Part shown: positions 27,827 through 41,160 of the stretch, in pieces
Layout: each line of letters starts with the position of its first letter
How positions within the stretch are numbered: the stretch's first letter is position 1
Assembly: GCA_964016885.1 (NCBI GenBank)
Contig: OZ024740.1
Span: 378,758,001 to 378,822,000 of the forward strand
DNA from: Eledone cirrhosa
Lineage: Eukaryota
Direction of reading: 5' to 3'
Length of the DNA stretch: 64,000 nucleotides
Position numbers and translations under genes: made by a program
The notes under the pieces: model-generated
Database searches by the model: none
The model's input: only the letters and a program-made list of their open reading frames with translations
Told to the model about the DNA's origin: nothing

Positions 27827-28839
27827 CTAGAATTAAAGCGAAATGTAAACAAAAATTTTTATCTACAATGATTGGTACTTTATTTTATGGACCCTGGAAG
27901 GATGCAAGACAAAACTGACCTTGGCAGGATTTGAACTCAGAATGTAAAGAGCCAGAACAAATACTATAATGGTATTTTATCCAATGCTATACCAATTCTG
28001 CTAATCCATCACCCTCACAAATAGTAAATATTAAACATTAGTATTATAGGTATTAACCCTCAAATTGTATTCAGTAATGTTATGTTTAGGAGGTCTGGGG
28101 TGTTGGGTATAAGAAACAATAGATTTCATGAAAAGAGATTTCCCATGAATTATATGGTATCTTTGTTTATTGCAATTTATCCATAGTTTTTCATGACACT
28201 GCTCAAAATATATTAGATAATCTTTATATATGTAAACAGTCTTACTGTGAAGATTAACTATACACAAAATAGTTTATGCAATGTTGTGAAGCATACAACT
28301 AACTTTGGTCACTTATCAAATCAAATATAGTGTGTTTATAAGGTCTACGTCTGAGAGCACACCTGACTCACATACATTGAGTTAAGATCTCAATGAGAAT
28401 TAAAATTGCAACAGTGTTGTTGCAGATTGCATGTTCTTGTTAACTTAGTGTTCATCTGGATGAATTCTTATGGTATGTTTACATAACATTCTCTCTATCT
28501 TTACAATCAAGTTTATTTCTTTGGTTACTGCATACTGGTGGTATGCATCTCCTTCAATGATGAAGATGAGTAGGTTTAAGAGTCTTGCAGGATGTTACAG
28601 GAGTAAAGGGTTGAAACATTGGCTCACATACTATAACATCATCTTATCTAAATTAAGAGGATTGCTGAAGAGGGGACAAGAAAGAGATATATTAAAATGT
28701 TAAAAAGATAACACTAACTATATCATTCAGTTTATTAACAATTATTAACAATAATTGCAATAATTCTTCATTAATTTTCTATACATTGCCAATATTCTAA
28801 TTATTACAAATAAATACCTAAAGAGGTACTTTATTTTAC

Positions 28840-29003
28840 CTTTTGGCTCCTTCTTCAATAGTTTCCTCTCCAACATTTACTTTACCTCCAAAACCATTCC
28901 AGTTTCCTTTGCCAAAACCACGTTTTTTCATACCGAGTAACACTCGACTTGATTCTCTGATAAGAACTAATGTCAGAATTTTTTTGCTTTGTATTTGACA
29001 CAT
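28840..29003 (-). CDS. NUDT1: NUDT1 first coding exon
   Basis: Acceptor 2 nt before ATG, gtaaaa donor; [54 protein letters not shown] matches MTH1 [20 protein letters not shown]. Confidence 0.95.
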
Positions 29004-30210
29004 TTCTAGAAAAGAAATATATATAAAAAGAAAGCATAAGTTCTTGTTTAATTTTCTTAGTCAAATCTAATTGAGCAGACCTATGATCAGAAACATTTCA
29101 GTTATATTTTAAGGGTTTGTGGTACTAGATTATCTAATGGGTCTTTTCTTCATTTAAGATCTGATTTTATTGAGATTTGGCAGCTATATCTTGAATGTAG
29201 AGAAGCTTTCTTGTTGGTTTTTTGGGGGAAAAAAGTGTATACCTTTTGGTGATCTCTTGTGACATATGTAATCGAAAGTTTAAGCCAGGAACATGGAACT
29301 ATTGCATCACATTATATAAGTAGAAAGCAAAACTTGATAAATATTTCTTGGCAACACATCTTATATGTAATACACCACAAATTTATACTGATAATAATAA
29401 TAATTAAAAAAAAAAAAAAATCAACTCTAAAGTAAGTTGTTTATAGATAAACCAAAACTTAATGATAGCAATTTTTAATAAAATTCGTGAGATCTAAGAA
29501 AATTCCACCTTTTATAAATGTTATATTTTGATGCATAAATTCAGATCTTCAAACATATAAAAATTGACCTTGAAATTACGACATGCAAATTACGACTCAT
29601 CATTTCTACAAACTTTATGAGCGAATTGAAATTCACTTCCAATACCCATACCTGATTTGCCCAGGCAAATTACCCACTAAAATGGCATTTTTTCAATCTT
29701 TTTACAAATTACATGCTAGGAAACTGTTTCATATATTTGCTTAAAGAAATGATTTGATATATGTAAGTAAATCTAAATTCAAGTGGAATATATCTAAATT
29801 TATCTGAGAATCAGTTAATCCAAATACAATAGACAACTATGTTCTCTGTAACACAAGGGAAACAACTTTTTAATGTTATAAGATATTCGAGAATACAGAG
29901 AAAAAAATAATAAATCGAGTATATTTTTTCACATAGCTAAGAATTATTTACTTTATTCTATATTAAATTCTTTCATGTTTTATTTACTAAAAAATAATAT
30001 AAGCACAAGTCAACATATATTTAAATCTAGTGGGAAAATCTACAACAATATATACAAAGCAAAATCGTATACCATAGAATGAATACTATTTTTAATACCT
30101 TGACATAACACTTTTTACTTGTGACTATTTTATTTTTATTTGCCTAATACATAAGTGTTTTATATATATATATAACTTCAAAGAAAAGCGAATAAATATC
30201 AAATTGTTAC

Positions 30211-30260
30211 CTGTTGATCAAGAGAAGCGTAATTTAATCCAAGGGACACAATTCCATCAC
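30211..30260 (-). other. Candidate 50-nt NUDT1 5'UTR exon containing a uORF (MELCPLD*)
   Basis: Acceptor ttttacatttatcacacag and donor cag|gtaaca; the acceptor just before the NUDT1 ATG implies upstream non-coding exons. Confidence 0.4.
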
Positions 30261-31860
30261 CTGTGTGATAAATGTAAAAATGTAAACTGATTCGATTTGA
30301 AGAATCTGATTAAAAAGTTGAAGAAATAAAATGCAAAGGGCCACTGAGAAGAGAGAAGGACAAGACAGAGAGAACATAATTCTAGGAGAGAAAAGATGAT
30401 GATTGATGTTGCTTTTGAATATTTGCAAATTGTAGTGGTTACGAAAAGAAGCTGGAAGAGAATTCCATAGGTGAGATGTGTGAGGAGAGACACTATGAAA
30501 ATAGATTTTGCAATTGCATTTAGGAATTTCACCTGTAAATGGATGAAACGTAGCCGTCAATATGTCAAGTTAATTTTGGTCAGTGTCAGCTCTGCCTTTT
30601 ATTCTTATGTGGTCTATAAAATTTGTACAAGTACTGGAGTCAATATAACTGATTGGTATTAGCTCTTCTCCAAAATGTGTTATCTGATGTCTATGTATAT
30701 ATTATTACTAGGCTAGTAATTATAATGTGACTAAACAGTTAATTGGTGGACTAAGAAACTTGCAGTATTTACTTTCATTATTGTATATTCTAAGGGCAGT
30801 AGATTGGTAGAGTGTTTGCTGATATTTTGTTACAGCTTTCTATATTTTGAGTTCAAATCCTGCTGAGATCAACTTTGCCTATCATCCTTCCTGGGTTGAT
30901 AAAATAAAGTACCAATTAACTACTGGTCTCGTTATAATTGACAATTCCCTTCCTCGAATGGCTGGCCTTGTGCCAATAGTAGAAAGAATTATTGTATTTT
31001 CTAAATTGAACTTCCACAAAAATAAATTGTTCCGTTTCCTTTTTTATTTTTGTTTCATCAATCCATGAGTAAAGTCTTTAACAGCTATAATACACAGTAC
31101 TTGTTTGGGTATCTAAATTCAGAACATAGAGATAGAATGCTGTCAAACACAGAAAGATATATAATCGTGATGGGGTTTGTCACAATGAATCAGATTAAAA
31201 TTTAAACTATATGGAAGATGTGGATAAAAGAAATGTTTGTTGAAGGAATTTTTCTGATATTGTAGCCATTATGCTATATCACTGTGCTGTAAGTAACATT
31301 ACTAGTAAGATTGATTTCTAGCATAAATGCACCCAGCTAACCTTTTAAAGAGGTAGTTACTACTGGTGTCATGATAAAATGCATCCAGCTCACTCTGAAG
31401 AGAGGGCAGGGTTGGTGTCATGATAAGATGTACCAAGCCGAGTCTATAAAGTGGTAGTGCTGGTACAGGTCAGAAGTTAATAGATCAGACAGCTGCTAAA
31501 ATATTTGGGTTAAATTCTATTTTATTATAGTAAAGAAGAGAGAGAAAAAAATAAAAGGAAAAAGAAAACACTATGAAAATATACATCATAGTACTCTCAT
31601 CATTGATAACTTTCATATTTAACTATATATCATAAATATATTTTGAATTGCACTATATGCTTAAACGCAAGCATTTAACATACATTTTTACCTCCCAATT
31701 ATTCAAGTGTGGAAGATAATGCAGTTGAGGTAAGTCCATCATTACAATGTTGTATATCTAGCATCAAACATCTCAGTAATACAATTAGAAGACCTCTTTT
31801 AATAACTAATGAAGATAATTTATAGGTCATTTGATATGATGTGAAAGCAAAGCAGTAGCC

Positions 31861-31970
31861 TTTGGCAAAGGAAACTGGAATGGTTTTGCAGGTAAAGTAA
31901 ATGTTAGAGAGGAAACTATTGAATAAGGAGCCAAAAGGTAAAATAAAGTACCTCTTTAGGTATTTATTTG
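31861..31970 (+). repeat. Inverted 110-bp duplicate of the NUDT1 exon end plus splice donor (28807-28916)
   Basis: 107/110 identical to the minus strand of 28807-28916; comprises 77 exonic and 33 intronic nt; one change creates TAA. Confidence 0.95.
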
Positions 31971-33179
31971 AAATATTTACAGTGAGTACTGATTAAAGGA
32001 AAGGCAATGGCCGATACAACTTGGCACCAGTGATGTCGCAATTCATTTCTACAACTGAGTAAACTGGAGCAATATGAAATAAAATGTCTTGCTCAAGGAC
32101 AATGCATCAACTGGTCCGGGAATCAAACTCACAACCTCATGATTACAAGCCCTATGCTCTAACCATAAGCCATGTACCTTGTTACATATATCCTATTATA
32201 TCTGTTTTATGGCACATTAAGTTACTGATTTCAGCTTGTCTTGCCTTAAATATTATGATAAATATAACTGGTATCTATTTTTTAAGCATTTACCATATTT
32301 CTAATGAAACACTGTTTATGAAATTAAAATAATTTTTGAAAATCATAAATTTGGAGGGATTTTTAAGGGTTCTTAGATAAAATTGTGATGGAAAGCTTTT
32401 AAATATATATCTCTTAAAATAAACATTTTAATATAGTAAAACCAGGGGCAGTTTAGTATCAAAAGGTTTAAGTTGTAAAATCTGGTTCTAAAATCATGCG
32501 TATATCTGAATTTGTTTACCAGCATGAATGACACAATGAAAAAGACCATGTTATAAAATCTCCAAATTATACGCCTCCACCCAGTATTAGACTGGCACTG
32601 TATTCTAATGAATGAAAGTTTAAAACGATAGTATTAAATACGGAAAACGGTGTGTAGTATATTATCGCTTATTTATAATGATAAAATAGGACTTAATTAA
32701 AAAGTGTGTGTATGTGTAAAAGGGAGACGGCAAACGAGTAATTGTCGATAATGTGCGTTGAAAAGGTACGAGAACAAAATTATCTTACACGAGAAATACT
32801 TCTATATGTGTTGTTAATTACGTTATGTAAACTTATTTTTGAAAAGTGTTCGATGTATAGTTCCCTCTGTGTGATTATCTAGTTTACCATCTAGGGCGTG
32901 CCAGTTATCGTACATATTCGACTGTAAATATATCTTGCTCTTTGGAACCTGCTAAAGACACGTGTAAATCATTAACCCCTTTTCCCACATTCCAGCTAGT
33001 ATCAACACTGATAAAAATTGAGCTAACGTAAGTATAACAAACAATCCATTATGAAGTTACAATTTTTAAATACTCCATAGATATTAAATTCAAATAAATA
33101 ACTAAACACTACTATGCTCAATAGTCACAAAACAACAACAACTGATAAATATAATCACCAAATGTCGTAATATTAGTGA

Positions 33180-33320
33180 AACACACCTACAATACCGACC
33201 GGTTCAAACAGTTGGCGCCATAAATAACACATTTACTTTCTGAACACTGGAGAGTTTCGCGGGACAGGCCGTTACTTCGAAAATGTCTCTTTTAATTCTG
33301 CATCTAAAGTAAGTCGATGT
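33180..33320. promoter_or_regulatory. Candidate promoter for NUDT1, possibly bidirectional
   Basis: Local CpG enrichment with E2F-like ttggcgcca (33212) and tttcgcgg (33255); a strong + donor aa|gtaagt at 33309. Confidence 0.3.
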
Positions 33321-34181
33321 ACAGAAGCTTTTATAGCCTATTTATGTTATCAGTCAAAATTAAAACAGTAGCTTATTTAATTACTGACGATTATTTTAAA
33401 ACAGAAATAAATAAAGACTATCTTATAGAACGAAATTTTCAAATTTATTAATTTGTAGAAGTTATTTCCCCGTGACCTTGTAAAGTTCAAATTCCCTTTT
33501 ATTTTGTATAAGTTATCTCCCCATGACATTTGTAAAGTAAATAAGAAAAAGTAATTTCTAATTTAGGTAACAATTTGTTGGGAGAGAAAGTCGATTACAT
33601 CGATACTTAACTGGTATTTTATTTTATCGACCATGGAGGAATGAAAAGCAAAGTTGACCTCCGCGTAATTTGAACTCAGAGACAATTCGAGACAAATACA
33701 CAAAGTGTTTTCTCCAAGTTCTAACGAGTTTGCCTCTCCACCATACTTAAAAAAAAAAGAAAGATTCTTTGTCTATACAAAATGGTCTTTTGTACAAAGG
33801 TGCAGGTCACACAAACGGTTGAGGAATGGTCGTGATAAATACTTTTTATAATATTTTTTTTTCGTTCGTAAATTTTGTTAATCAAATTATTTCCTCCTTT
33901 TCTCATTAGTACATCGAGTATCCCATGTGCAGTGTGTGACTTGGAGTGTCACAGAGAATCAATATATATTGTACTATGCCAAATCTTTATTAATATCAGC
34001 TGTTTAGAAGTAGATTTTGACACAGAATCTAAAAATGATGAGTTCATTTTTTTTACTGCCCCAAATGTTTCTGGTATTAGTATCTACAGCGCTGATAGAA
34101 ATATCATTTAACACATCTTTGATAAAGTCAATCTCATGGCAAGATAGCAATATGTACGTTCCAAAAGTTGGTAACAGGTCC

Positions 34182-34480
34182 TGACTAGATGTAAAATGTA
34201 GGTACCCAAAGTTCATAAGTCCAGACTAGATCTCAAAGTTAGTAATAGATCCAGACTAGATGAAAAATCTAGGCCTCAAAGTTAGTAATAAGTCGAGACT
34301 AGATGTATAATCTAGGCCTCAAAGTTGGTAATAAACCCAGGTCAGGTGTAAAATGCAGGCCCATAATACAGGTAACAAACCTAGGTTACATGTAAAACAG
34401 AAACCTCCAAAGCTAATAAATTGCTCAGGTCTGGTGTAAAATGCGCCCCCACAAAGCTGGTGTGAAATCTGGGCCTCATT
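34182..34480 (+). repeat. Minisatellite, about 42-45-bp unit, about 6-7 diverged copies
   Basis: Recurring gactagatgtaaaatctaggcctcaaagtt.gtaata unit. Confidence 0.8.
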
Positions 34481-34666
34481 TCAAACTGTTCGTTAAATAC
34501 TTTAATAATTAGTGCCAAGTACAAATGACTTACGTTCGAGTTACGGGTATATATTCCCCAAAGAATACTGCTTGCGCTTTAAGGACGGATGAGTATGCAA
34601 AACTTCACTGGCCACAAGTATTCATGAAAGGGGAAAAATTCCAACTATTGTTAATCTTAAAAGTCA

Positions 34667-34830
34667 TAATTGTTTCTATTTTTGGCACAAGGCCAGCAAT
34701 AACCCAATACATTACTGGTACTTTATTTTATCGACCCTGTAAGGATGAAAGGCAAAGTTAACCTCGGCGGGATTTGAACTCGGATCATAAAGGGACGTAA
34801 CTCTATGCTTCAAAGCATGATGTCCGACTA
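34667..34830 (-). mobile_element. SINE family A
   Basis: Reverse-complement match including the B-box (gggatttgaactc). Confidence 0.85.
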
Positions 34831-35855
34831 AAAGTCATAATGATGGAGCTATGTCACATAAACCATATGTAACTAGTGATGGAAACTGGTTTTAAGATCT
34901 AGGGGTATACTAAGGTCCGGGTAGTTGAGACTAGACAGGAGGAGCAGGGCAGACGCCATAAACCCACTCCTGACGAAATTAATACTAGAAGAAAGCTGTC
35001 CTTCTGTGTACACCCGCCCCCGCTATATGTGCCATGTCTTGTCACCCTACTCTACATAAGTTATGGTTGATGGAAGAACTATGCTGATGAACATACAGAG
35101 TATAAATATAGCAAAGTCGTAATAAATTGGTTTGCCATAAGACGAAACATTAGATTTGATTTCTTCACAGTAAACAAATTTATTCCACATTTGAACTGTT
35201 TATACTTCCTAATTATACTAGATTCCACAGTTTACTTTATATACACACTCCCTCGAATAGAGCGAACAACCAAAGCAAAATAAAAACATTGAGACCAACT
35301 CGTTGTTGTTGTTGTTGTCTAGTTCCAGGATTGAGAGGCTTATTATCGAAAATATTCCAGTCACGACCATCTCGTCTGTTTGCATCCAGGCATGGTGTAT
35401 TTAAGACTACATTATAGAATGTGTCCTTAGGCAAAAAAAAAAAAAAACAAGCTGTAGGGTATGATTTGAGGGACATTCAGCTGCTTTTTCTAGCAGGTCA
35501 AGTTACCACGTAGAGCCACTCTTGTTGACTTCTTCATAAAAAAATCATTTATTTCACAAATTGTACATATTCTTAACTAATTACTGAAAAAAAAATTATA
35601 ATTCTTAATGTTTTTAATTGCATTTTTTAAAGGGAATATCTTTTATTTACTTATTGAGGTGTACGAGAATAAAGAATACTTTACTCATTATCACTTTGAA
35701 CAATCTGTAATGGTTTAGCAGAAAATATCGATAACGGATTTGTTAATCCAAATGTTTATAGTACCTTTACCAGTGGACAGATAGTTGTAAAAGTTGTATA
35801 TTTTTCAAGAATGTGTTGCTAATGCGGTTTCATGTGGTACAGACTTTAAGTGTTA

Positions 35856-36020
35856 ATCATCACTATCATCATCATCATCATCATCATCATTGTCATCATC
35901 ATCTTCACTATCACCAACAACATCATCATCATCATCATCATCATTGTCATCATCATCACCATCATTGTCATCAACATCACCATCATTATCCTCATCGCCG
36001 CCATCGTCGCCACCGTCATC
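35856..36020. repeat. Imperfect (CAT)n microsatellite
   Basis: Directly visible; explains the poly-His and poly-Ile ORFs. Confidence 0.95.
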
Positions 36021-36499
36021 CTTTATACAACACTAGTGCACGAAACTTCTTTATACTGATGGTACTTAAATGTAGGTAAAGATAGAAGTGGAAATCTACA
36101 CCTGCAAGGTTTATTTATTAGACACTGTTTCAGTTCTTTATATGAAATCTAAACAAGTACAAGAAGCTCAGCACACATCTAAACGATGAAGGAATATAAG
36201 CATATAAAAACATTGCTTGCAGGCCACTCATCACTCATCAGTTTGTCATTGCAATAGATAATGAACTGTCCAACACTTACAAATTTGAAATTGGATAACA
36301 AAAATTGGATTGAAACAGTAATATTATATTGCAGAGTATAATGTTTTCTTTTTCTTCCAAAACGGCTTTTAATTACTTTTGTTAGCTTTAAATAATTTTG
36401 AACATGAATGTTTACACACACAGACACGCACACACACACACATACACACGCGCATGCTATGTCAGGTCGGTCTTGAGTGCTAACACATAGTCTAGTACA

Positions 36500-38910
36500 A
36501 TCTGTTACATGGCCGGGTCGTCAGCGACTAAACTGTCAATCCTACCAAGCCTGCTTGGTGAGCTTGAGCGATGAAAAACAAAACCCGTCAAAGGACAGAG
36601 AAACTTTTGAGAATGAATGGCCATCGAATACTTGAGGTGTATTGTTCACTGGGTCCGCGTCAAACATTTTTACCAATCCTTTGTTATCAACATTTCCAAA
36701 AAGTGTGACTGGTCCAACACAGGCCTTTATCACTATAAACAATCCACTTGTTTAGGTAGCTCAATGTCTAATTGATATCCGACCATTAACACAAAGCCCA
36801 CGGGCGAGAGAAAAGACAACGGAGTTAAGTAAGGGGTGTTGCAGGAAATCCCCAGCTGAAGCTATACACAGTGGCGACCATCAGGTGATGGCCGTTCATA
36901 CCCAAGATATAAGCATTGTGTGCTATTTATGTCCTCTGAGGGTGACAAAGTAGGTCTTTTTAGACATAACACTGCTTTTCCTACATAGGGAGGGAACGGT
37001 AAAAGGAGCCCTAAATAAATGCTTGCTCAATCTTTTAAGCTGGCAGTAAACCGCAGCTGTCTGGTTATCCAAATATGCGGTCGAAACAAAACAAAATGTT
37101 TAATTTTTGATTCCTGGAAGGTTAGAACACTCTGGGACTGTTCCATACAGGAACAAACTCATCAGAATAGGAGATTTCAATGGACTATCAAACGTGGCAT
37201 GATGTTCTTGGGTTTAATGGAGTCGGAGCTATGAACTCAAATGGACTTAGGTTGCTTTCACTTTGCAAGGAATTTGATCTTAGAATGAGATTCACTGATA
37301 GGAGGTTGGAACTTTCTGCAAAATGAGACTCACTCGTTGACTCAGTGCATATTTCTGATGACATTGAAGCTTCATGGAAAGCGGTCAACGATGGAACCTA
37401 TGCAAACTCCATAGAAACCTTAGGATTTTCTATGAGAAAACACCAGAACTGGCTTGATGAAAACAACTCAGATGTCCAGAATCTTAGCAGCAAAATCCAT
37501 AACCTACACAGGCATTGTATTGGAGATAAAAACTCGCCAACTAAAAAAAAAAAATGAAGCCTATAAAGATTGTAAGTAGCAGGCACAGTTCACATTTAGA
37601 AAAACGAAGGATGCCTGGTGGGCAGCTAAAGCGGCTGAACTACAAGACGCTGCTGAAAAAAGGACTCAAGGGCTCTGAAGGCGATGTATGGTCCGAGGAA
37701 GAACAGGTCAAATCCAGTTATATCTTCTGATGGTACAATTATATACACAGACAAAGCTGAAGTACTCTCTGGAGAGAACACTTTGAAAAGGTCTTAAATA
37801 CTGAGTCAAATGTAGATAAAGATGTAATATCATCTATTCCACAAATGCCGGAAATACATGAATTAGTATTCAACTCTAGTTTGGATGAAGTGCAAGCCGC
37901 TATCAAGCAACTGTCATCCAATAAAACTTCTGGTTTAAGACGGCATCCTACCTGAAATCTTTAAATATGGTGGTCAAAAACTGGTTCGTAAGCTTTCCAG
38001 AATATATTTCTTCAAATCTGGAAGGTACACAAATCAAGGCCAACCACTCTCAGACATGTAGAATATGTTGAACAAGAACAGCCGAGACACAAACATCCAC
38101 ATGTTCTCATCACTGTTGATAGCAAAGATCTGAAGTATGAGAACTCCTTTACTTAAGGTGATCCCCCTCCCCTGCATCCCCGGATGATATATCATCAATC
38201 AAGTCTCCAAATCAACTGACGTATTTGACAAAGTACATCATCGTCTATGGGCTGTCAGAGTTATATCCCTGAAAACGAAAGTTGCAGTTTGTCATGCAGT
38301 GGACCTGACAACATTTGTATACTGCTCAGCGTCACGAACACTTTATCGCACCCACATTTATAAACTTGATGTCTTCCATAAACATTATCTTCGCTCTATC
38401 TGTGATTATGTACATTCTGGCAGAGACACCAATACCAATCTGTTCACGAAGTGCAACATCGGTGGGATTTAGTCATTTCTGATGCAATCCCAACTCAGAT
38501 TGGCTGGTCATGTCCTACAGATGACTGATGACCTTATATCCATGGTAGTTGTACAATGGTGCACGTAATGTAGGCATACCGTTATTCAGATAGAAACACA
38601 AACTGAAGTACAATCTTAAATATTTAAACATACCACTTACTTCTTTTGAAGCCCTAACTGGAAAATGGAGAACTGTCTGTCATTTAAAAAATCTCGTCTT
38701 GTCCATCTTCGTGATCTAAGATCTAACACCAAGATCCGATAAAACTTTCCACCTCGCTCCGTTCAAAGTCCTGTTATCTGCACTAAATGTAGCTTGGTGT
38801 GTAAATCAGCAGCTGGATTAAAGTGCTATTTAAAGTATAACCATAAAAAATAAACTGAGAAGACTGTTGAACCCTCATGCATCGATATACAACGGGAGAG
38901 TCCCTCATAT
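36500..38910 (+). mobile_element. Decayed, internally deleted RTE LINE that retains its 5'UTR
   Basis: SWKVRTLWD (endonuclease start), RKHQNWLDEN, WWAAKAAELQ, DGILPEIFKYGG, QLRLAGHV and a degenerate terminal finger CTKCSLVCKSAAGLK; 36574-36625 is homologous to 47897-47948. Confidence 0.8.
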
Positions 38911-38916
38911 ATATAT

Positions 38917-39245
38917 GGTGGCTTAGTGGTTAAAGTGTTGGACTTGCTATCGTGATGTTGTGAGTTCGATTTTCGAACCGGGTGATACGTTGTGGTCTTG
39001 AACAAAAAAACTTTATTTCACTTTGCTCAAGTTCATTCAACAGTAGAAACAAGTTGCGACGTCACTGGTACCAAGCTGTATCTGCCATTGCCTTTCTCTT
39101 GAACAACGGTGGCGTGGAGAGGGGAGACCACTATGCACGAACGACTGACAGTCTTCCACAAACAACCTTACCCGGAATTGTTCCTCAGAAGGGAACTTTC
39201 TAGATGCATCAAATCCCATGGTCATTCGTGACTAAAGAGGCTCAT
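38917..39245 (+). mobile_element. tRNA-derived SINE family B with a CORE-like body; other copies at about 15330-15520(-), 17640-17830(+), 31995-32180(-) and 48778-49072(-)
   Basis: A-box gtggcttagtggtt, B-box gagttcgatt, body gttgtggtcttgaacaa...actttatttcac. Confidence 0.8.
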
Positions 39246-39346
39246 TAGACTTCTGTGTTTCTTCAATTTATGTGAGCGGTACAGGAGAGTAAGGGACGAT
39301 GGATTTCATCCCCACCTTATTAATGCACACTCACACAGGATACGGA

Positions 39347-39560
39347 GGATTGGCAGTATCGGTAGAGCGTTGGACAATATATTTTGCAGCATATAGTTAC
39401 GTCCCTTTACGTTCTGAGTTCAAATCTCACCGAGGTTAGCTTTGCCTTTCATCCTTACAGGGTCAATAAAATTAAGTACCAGTAAAGCACTGGAGTCGAT
39501 TTAATCGACTTTCCTCTCCCCACAATTTACTGGCCTTATGCCTAAATTAGAAACCTTTAT
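39347..39560 (+). mobile_element. SINE family A, full length
   Basis: ggattggcagtatcggtagag...gagttcaaatc...ggccttatgcctaaattagaaac. Confidence 0.85.
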
Positions 39561-39570
39561 TGATACATAC

Positions 39571-39840
39571 ATGTGCACTTGTGTATGTGTATATGTGTAT
39601 GTCTCTGTGTGTATGTCTATGTGTCTGTCTCTGTGTGTACGTGTATATGTGTATGTCTCTGTGTGTATGTCTATGTGTCTGCCTCTGTGTGTATGTCTAT
39701 GTGTATGTGTGTGTGTGTGTATGTCTATGTGTATGTGTATATGTGTATGTGTGCATCTATCTTCATAGATAGGTACAAGTGCAAAGCAAAAAAGAAGTTT
39801 GTGTGCGGGGCGCGCGCGTGTGTCTGTCTCTGTGTGTATG

Positions 39841-39877
<37 letters not shown>

Positions 39878-41160
39878 CTATGTGTCTGTCTCTGTGTTTA
39901 TGTCTATGTGTATGTGTGTGTGTGTATGTCTATGTGTGTATGTCTCTGTGTGTATGTCTATGTGTCTGTCTCTGTGTGTCTGTCTATGTGTGTATGTCTA
40001 TGTGTCTGTCTCTGTGTGTATGTCTATGTGTCTGTCTCTATGTGTCTGTCTCTGTGTGTATGTCTATGTGTATGTGTGTGTGTGTGTGTCTATGTGTGTC
40101 TGTCTCTGTGTGTATGTCTATGTGTCTGTCTCTGTGTGTCTGTCTATGTGTGTATGTCTATGTGTCTGTCTCTGTGTGTATGTCTATGTGTCTGTCTATG
40201 TGTCTGTCTCTGTGTGTATGTCTATGTGTATGTGTGTGTGTGTCTATGTGTGTATGTCTATGTGTCTGTCTCTGTGTGTATGTCTATGTGTCTGTCTCTA
40301 TGTGTCTGTCTCTGTGTGTATGTCTATGTGTATGTGTGTCTATGTGTGTATGTCTATGTGTCTGTCTCTGTGTGTCTGTCTCTGTGTGTATGTCTATGTG
40401 TATGTGTGTGTGTGTGTGTATGTCTATGTGTCTGTCTCTATGTGTCTGTCTCTGTGTGCATGTCTATGTGTATGTGTGTGTGTGTGTATGTCTATGTGTC
40501 TGTCTCTGTGTCTGTCTCTGTGTGTATGTGTGTGTGTGTGTATGTCTATGTGTGTCTGTCTCTGTGTGTATGTCTATGTGTATGTGTGTGTGTGTGTATG
40601 TCTATGTGTCTGTCTCTGTGTGTATGTCTATGTGTCTGTCTATGTGTATGTGTGTGTGTGTGTGTGTATGTCTATGTGTCTGTCTCTGTATGTATGTCTA
40701 TGTGTCTGTCTCTGTATGTATGTCTATGTGTCTGTCTATGTGTATGTGTGTGTGTGTGTATGTCTATGTGTGTCTGTCTCTGTGTGTATGTCTATGTGTC
40801 TGTCTATGTGTGTATGTCTCTGTGTGTCTGTCTATGTGTGTATGTCTATGTGTCTGTCTCTATGTGTATGTGTGTGTGTGTGTATGTCTATGTGTCTGTC
40901 TCTGTGTGTATGTCTATGTGTCTGTCTCTGTGTATGTATGTCTATGTGTCTGTCTCTGTGTGTATGTCTATGTGTGTATGTCTATGTGCCTGTCTCTGTG
41001 TGTATGTCTATGTGTGTATGTCTATGTGTATGTCTATGTGTATGTCTCTGTGTATGTGTGTCTATGTGTCTGTCTCTGTGTATGTGTGTCTATGTGTCTG
41101 TCTCTGTGTGTCTGTCTCTGTGTATGTGTGTCTATGTGTCTGTCTCTGTGTATGTGTGTG
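39571..41160. repeat. 1.6-kb compound microsatellite built from TG, TA and TC dinucleotide steps
   Basis: Recurring gtgtgtatgtctatgtgtctgtctct motif; produces the spurious C/V/M/Y-rich ORFs. Confidence 0.97.

Noticed and set aside
35813-36079. His-rich protein
   Set aside because: It is a (CAT)n microsatellite with no supporting gene structure.
35682-36390. Possible minus-strand exons near 35690-35820 and 36281-36385
   Set aside because: One has an in-frame stop, and neither resembles a protein I recognise.
36542-36742. Minus-strand 66-aa ORF as an exon
   Set aside because: It overlaps sequence homologous to the RTE 5'UTR on the + strand.
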